Shown here in pieces: positions 63,006-64,000 of a stretch of 64,000 nucleotides of DNA. The stretch is taken from assembly GCA_024704765.1 (NCBI GenBank), contig JAKMXF010000221.1, positions 372,001 to 436,000 of the forward strand, written 5' to 3'. Each line of letters starts with the position of its first letter. Within the stretch, counting starts at the first letter, position 1. The notes beneath the pieces were generated by a model. That model saw nothing but the letters and a program-made list of their open reading frames with translations. It had not been told where the DNA came from and searched no databases. The position numbers and the translations under genes are program-made. Source of the DNA: Oopsacas minuta. Taxonomy: Eukaryota; Animalia; Porifera.

Positions 63006-64000
63006 ATGGGGTGTTTATTTCCTAAGTTTAAATCAACTAAATCGTTACGACAAACACCCTCACTGGCCGCCTCATCTTCAAAGGACTATGGTACACTCCA
63101 TAACTCTCAAGAGATAGCTCATGTTCCAACTACACCATCACCATCATACTACTCTCCTAGTCCTTACAACCCAGCTTACACTCCGATAAATCCCCCTCTT
63201 GACATAACCTATACTGCTGATAGGAAGGGTACTCGTGGAGATTCCATTCACTCAAAGAAAGGTAGCTTAAGACGTGGAAATATGCCAATACGAATAGCTA
63301 CATGGAACCTGCTGTTATTCTCTAAGGAGAAAGCTTCTCATCCTGAAGTATTAAAAATAATAGTAGATATCATTCTAGCTAATCAGCTGGACCTTATAGC
63401 TGTACAGGAGTTGTCAGATAAGATTGCTTTGAAGCTGGTTTGTGATGAGCTAAACAGGAGTAAGAATGGGGTTTGGAAATATAAGGTATCCGAGCGTGCA
63501 GGAAGGATGTTCCAGTCTAACGAGTATTTGGGGTATATCTGGAATACAAGCAAAGGTTTGCGAATGAAAAGCGATCGTCTGCTCACTCAGAACAAGAGTT
63601 TTGCTCGTAGCCCCTATCTTGCTAAATTCATTATAAACAAACAAAATATGCTACTTGTTAATGTACACTTGAAAGCTGTAGGACTAGCTAGAGAAGATAT
63701 TAACAGAACTAGAGATGAAGTAGATCTGCTATCACTCCTGATACAGTCAATTTACAGTATATCTGATTTTACATCTGTACATACATTTTTACTCGGAGAT
63801 TTCAACTTGTGTCCTGACTCAGACTTCGATAGAATATACCAAAGTGGTTTCCAGAACCTGTTAGCTAAAGGGACACATACTAACATTAGTGCGCGTAACC
63901 CTCGGGGCTCAATGAGTTATGACAATATTTGGGTGTCTTTAGAAACGCTAGAGACGGTGTATGGAGGGAAGTGTGGGGTTGTGAGAGATGGTCTGGTTGA
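63006..64000 (+). CDS. EEPD1: EEPD1-like exonuclease/endonuclease/phosphatase-domain protein, runs off the window end (absent from the ORF track)
   Basis: Open frame from ATG 63006: MGCLFPK..., RIATWNL..EKASHPEV, IAVQEL, GRMFQSNEYLGYIWN, VNVHLKA, LLGDFN, SYDNIW. Confidence 0.85.
   Translation, partial: MGCLFPKFKSTKSLRQTPSLAASSSKDYGTLHNSQEIAHVPTTPSPSYYSPSPYNPAYTPINPPLDITYTADRKGTRGDSIHSKKGSLRRGNMPIRIATWNLLLFSKEKASHPEVLKIIVDIILANQLDLIAVQELSDKIALKLVCDELNRSKNGVWKYKVSERAGRMFQSNEYLGYIWNTSKGLRMKSDRLLTQNKSFARSPYLAKFIINKQNMLLVNVHLKAVGLAREDINRTRDEVDLLSLLIQSIYSISDFTSVHTFLLGDFNLCPDSDFDRIYQSGFQNLLAKGTHTNISARNPRGSMSYDNIWVSLETLETVYGGKCGVVRDGLV

Noticed and set aside
1-64000. tRNA, rRNA, SL RNA gene, selenoprotein UGA read-through, autonomous transposase or retroelement ORFs
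   Set aside because: None recognised by eye. Small RNA genes could be missed without covariance-model searches.

Overview
Gene-dense, AT-rich eukaryotic (animal) nuclear DNA, not prokaryotic; no CRISPR array, rRNA or tRNA was recognised. About 37 protein-coding loci and one pseudogene. Many housekeeping genes are intronless (PHGDH, MVD, TECR, TTI2, POLR2D, ICT1, CLN6, BRCC3, FAM184, HSP70) and the rest have mostly 45-125 bp GT-AG introns. This architecture and gene content suggest a non-bilaterian with a compact genome, most likely a glass sponge (inference only). Main observations: (1) every intron over 1 kb that I could reconstruct holds a whole nested gene, and two of these are on the same strand as the host (ZDHHC6 in LRCH; a calponin/transgelin gene in a Dlish-like SH3 gene). 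(2) Many start codons sit 0-7 nt behind a splice-acceptor-like YAG, within long co-oriented runs with very short spacers, which fits spliced-leader trans-splicing and polycistronic transcription. (3) A 52-bp intron fuses a microbial/phage-type GHKL ATPase to a coiled coil and RING finger (775 aa), directly next to a mitochondrial Rad52-like Mgm101 gene. (4) An inverted pair of B4GALNT3/4-like glycosyltransferases is nearly identical except for one divergent catalytic-domain loop. Also present: a lipid-anchor TRIM with a split FN3 domain next to a GVIN1-like giant GTPase, several TA-flanked MITEs (one inserted into a splice donor), and a heat-shock-element array shared by HSP70 and an EEPD1-like gene. 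Exon structures and family assignments were made by eye and from remembered motifs, with no database search.
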